The notes under the pieces are model-generated. The model had not been told where the DNA came from. It worked only from the letters and a program-made list of their open reading frames with translations, and made no database searches. From Mesotaenium endlicherianum (lineage: Eukaryota): a DNA stretch of 64,000 nt. A program made the translations under genes and the position numbers. Shown here piece by piece: positions 63,201-64,000 of this stretch (its first letter is position 1; every line of letters begins with the position of its first letter). The stretch lies in contig WELA01000598.1 in NCBI GenBank assembly GCA_009602735.1, forward strand, positions 113,321-177,320. Direction: 5' to 3'.

Positions 63201-64000
63201 GCCCGTGTCAGTTCCGCAGGGACCTTGCTTGCAGCCTATGCCAGCTGGCGTGGGGCCCGTGGCCAGAGGCATCGTCTGGCTTCTCCTGGCAGCCGGTCTG
63301 GAGAGAGCCTTCAACTGGCGCTTGACATCCCACCCCACCTTGACCGCGTAAGCCTTGCTCAGCACCGCCGCTATCCTGCCCCACCGGTCTGTGACATCCT
63401 GGAGAGCCCTCTCTCTATCGCCTTTGGCCCCACTCTCCCTGTCAACAGCTCCCCCCAGGTCGCTCCCGCCTCTGTGCTCCTGTTCAGCCTGCGCTTGCCC
63501 GCTGCTCACCCCCGCGCTCTGTCGTGCACCGCCATGCGCTTCAGCACTTTGTCGCTCGTTCTCTCTTCCCGGGGCTGCTTTCCCCCTGGAGGGCTTCGCA
63601 GCCTTTTGGACGACAGGCACGTAGAAGACAGGAGAGCTCCTCCAGCAGACCGCCACTCCCTCGACTTCCCACGGCCCCGGCGGGGCCTCCCCCAATTTCT
63701 CCGGTATCTGGTTGAGGTGGAGGTCGAAGCAGAACTCCTGCACCGAGTCCCAGCTCTTCAAGAACGCGTCGAATCCGCCCGGCATGGTATCCACGTGAAC
63801 AGGCCCGCTCTCCACGGGGGCTGTTGCTGCAGGCCTAGCTCTCTCTTCACGCACAGGGTGGACATGAGAGGTCATCGTTGCCCCGTCGAAGAGAGCACTA
63901 CCCCCAGGTCCTGCCAGATCAGCCTCCACAGAGGGAGCTCCAAGGGCAGTGCCAGCAGCGCCAGGCTTGCGGTGCTGCTCCGGCAGAGGAGGCAAGCCCC
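57206..64000 (-). CDS. POLQ: DNA polymerase theta / TEBICHI, C-terminal family-A polymerase region (5' part outside the window)
   Basis: Phase-consistent exons 64000-62940, 62227-62036, 61582-61320, 60993-60768, 60244-60143, 59653-59301, 58870-58762, 58213-58058, 57622-57526 and 57270-57206. Motifs: TATGRLSMEEPNLQ, AADYSQVEARMLAHFS, KQLVYGLLYGMG, RQAVNSICQGSAAD and LLQVHDELV, plus the TEBICHI-like GCCRRA and MELWGIG. Confidence 0.96.

Overview
Eukaryotic genomic scaffold with GT-AG introns, the standard genetic code, two long N gaps and three single Ns. The plant-type TEBICHI/POLQ gene suggests a streptophyte alga or early plant (inference). Bases 207-18087 form one ~17.9-kb CMC (CACTA/EnSpm-like) DNA transposon. 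It has 23-bp perfect TIRs starting CACCC and a 2-bp TG target-site duplication. It carries a 4-exon ~1190-aa DDE transposase with two nonsense codons, an intact 5-exon coiled-coil + HIRAN-domain gene, a divergent spliced gene of unknown function and a ~280-bp tandem array. Bases 23371-31020 are a complete 7.65-kb hAT transposon (18-bp TIR, 8-bp TSD) with a 3-kb array of ~60-70-bp hairpin repeats upstream of its transposase. The middle of the window holds three paralogous intronless F-box/LRR-like genes (one hit by a solo LTR, one with a nonsense codon, one intact), degenerate kinase-like remnants including a 1.9-kb inverted duplication, and an orphan S1/P1 nuclease exon. The right end has conserved housekeeping genes: PTPA (PP2A activator), TMEM230 and the 3' part of DNA polymerase theta. 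All family assignments are from motif recognition; no database searches were run.
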